A DNA stretch of 64,000 nt from assembly GCF_964213995.1 (NCBI RefSeq), contig NW_027590121.1, positions 1,426,001-1,490,000 on the forward strand, in the 5' to 3' direction. Position 1 is the first letter of the stretch, and the number at the start of each line of letters is the position of its first letter. Under the pieces are notes generated by a model that was given only the letters and a program-made list of their open reading frames with translations, searched no databases and was not told the origin of the DNA. The position numbers and the translations under genes are program-made. Of this stretch, positions 62,046 to 64,000 are shown piece after piece. The stretch comes from Mustelus asterias (lineage: Eukaryota).

Positions 62046-63607
62046 TTGTCTAGGTCACAAGAGGAACAGATTGCAAAATCATGAGACATATCTTTATGGC
62101 GCAATGCATGCAGTTAACCTCCAAATCTACTTCAGAGCAGCGGTAATGAAAGCTCTTAGATGTAGAGATCATGTAGCCAAATATTACTGTTATATCATCT
62201 TCCAGGGCCGTTAACTGAGAATGCCCCAGCAATTCCTAGAACCAAACATTTGATGTGTCAAAGTCTGCTGTAGTTATGAATACTTGGAATGCTCCATCAT
62301 AATTTCAACACAGACTCACCTCGTTAAAAAGGCTGTATTATCCGACAGTACCACGCACCACTTCCTGAATCAGTCGCTAATCAGCCATGCTAAACTCTCC
62401 CTCAGTGTACCCGAACAGGCGCCGGAATATGGCGACGAGGGGATTTCCACAGTAACTTCACTGCAGTGTTAATATAAGCTTACTTGCTACACTGATGAAT
62501 AGACTGAAGCACTGAACTTCTGATCTAACCAATGACAGAAATCGACCAGCGGCAGCAATGTCTCGAAAAGCACAATGGTGTTAGAGTGAACGCAGCAACC
62601 GGAAGCTGTGACCGGGGTCACCGCAGACTCAAAGCTGATGGAAGTGCGGAGTTCTCAGCTGCAGTCGCAGGTGATGGAGAGGAAACAGCGACAGCTGAAC
62701 CTGCAGCAGTCTGTGACTACCCTGCATCTGCTGACTGCTCAAGTGACTGAGAAAAAATAGTGTCGGACGGGCGCGAATGGATCATAAACAATTGACTCTC
62801 CCTGTGGCTCAATGAAAGACATTTCCCAATTGTTCTTCTCACCCCTCATTCCACGTGTTATTTTCCGTTCTCAAGGTCTGACAATGCCTTTTTGAAATTT
62901 ACTATTGAATGCTCTTCCCTTATAGTTTGCGGCGCTCTACTCCAGATGGTAACAAATAGCAATGCAATGAATAACATTTTTCGATCCCTGTCCACTTTTC
63001 TGTGAAAATGGGATGACTTGGTCGTTTATTTATCGACCAGGTGCATTGCTGTCTTTGTTCGTTCAAATGAACAGCGAACCGGTCTGAGAGATTTTGGGAC
63101 CTATCTCAATGTCTGGCCCTCTACCACTTCATTAAATATCCCATAACTTACCCGGAATACTGCGCTGTCTAGATAGGTACAGAAAGCTTTCAGATATGGA
63201 GTGACTGTCCCTTAGCACTCCTGACTGGTCTTTCAGAGCGTTCAACTCCGATGGAGTCTGGGAAACTCAATGTCTGTCACTCGTCCCTGCAGCCGAACTT
63301 AGAATGTGTCACAGACTGGAATGGGATTTATCACAGGAAATAGACAAGGATCCTTTTAATATTGATTCACCGAATACCACGATTATTCCAATTTGGAAGC
63401 ACCATGGAACATGCGCTGCCCGGATGACATTTCCACAGAAAATAACCCAATTTAAATGTATTTTATCCGTTCTTTTTTGATTTTAAAGAGTAAACCCAAA
63501 TCGGCAACAGATCTCACTGATCGGGTGACTGTGGCGCGTATCCAAGGGAGAGAGTGATTAAAAGCCCAGCTCTCTGCACAGGCTCCACTTTCTGGATGAT
63601 CGCGGCA

Positions 63608-63646
63608 GGTTTTTGTACGGCCCTGTATGGTATTTGCTACATTGTG
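63608..63646 (-). other. 23-RSS
   Basis: CACAATG, 23 nt, ACAAAAACC. Confidence 0.95.
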
Positions 63647-63919
63647 CCTCCATTGCACAGAAATAGGTGGCGGTGTCTGTCAGCCGAGCTTCACTAACAT
63701 TCATAACGCTGTGGTTCTCTGAGAAAGTATGCCGAGCCGTGATCCTGCCCTGATCGCTGGTGCCGCTCACCAGGTGCTGCACGGTTCTGTCTAGATTTTG
63801 TCTGTACCATTGAAGGACCTTTCCAGCTCCTGTGGTTGAACAGTTCAACGATGCAGTGGCTCCCTCGGTAACAACCACTGACTCCGGAGACTGTGATAGC
63901 TCTTTACTGCCAGCGGCAT
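63647..63919 (-). CDS. TCR alpha-like V exon, open frame (leader outside the window)
   Basis: Acceptor ttcccag|AT, then KELSQSPESVVVTEGATASLNC...LQWYRQ...DTATYFCAME. Confidence 0.88.
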
Positions 63920-64000
63920 CTGGGAAGAATATGTACATTTGCAGTAATAGCATATCGTACTATAATGTAGCACAATAAAGTACAATTGTATTCACAATTC

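Noticed and set aside
62530-62760. Gln-rich coiled-coil-like frame (TRIM-like?)
   Set aside because: Too short, with no RING, B-box or SPRY exons nearby.

Overview
Eukaryotic DNA, almost certainly a shark (cartilaginous fish), based on the repeat families and a NAR-type V segment. About half of the window is CR1/L2-type LINE fragments, tRNA-derived SINEs and Penelope-like elements. From 1 to 25 kb lies a C2H2 zinc-finger cluster: one intact 16-finger ORF, one ~13-finger ORF without its usual ATG, one truncated copy and duplicated promoter modules. It also holds a frameshifted three-exon EMC4 remnant with its CpG promoter. From 27 to 64 kb is a T-cell-receptor alpha/delta-type V array. It has six V segments in mixed orientation, each with a 22/23-bp-spacer RSS. 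Two look potentially functional and four are pseudogenes, one of which is an orphan NAR-TCR (VNAR-like) V. Among the V segments are an intact two-exon GPR139-like GPCR, an intact tRNA-Arg(ACG), several decayed tRNAs (including a tRNA-Pro(CGG) with a canonical-position intron), CTCF motifs, Penelope-borne hammerhead ribozyme motifs and a 508-bp TG...CA element with 113-bp inverted repeats. No D, J or C segments were seen. Repeat boundaries are approximate, read by eye.
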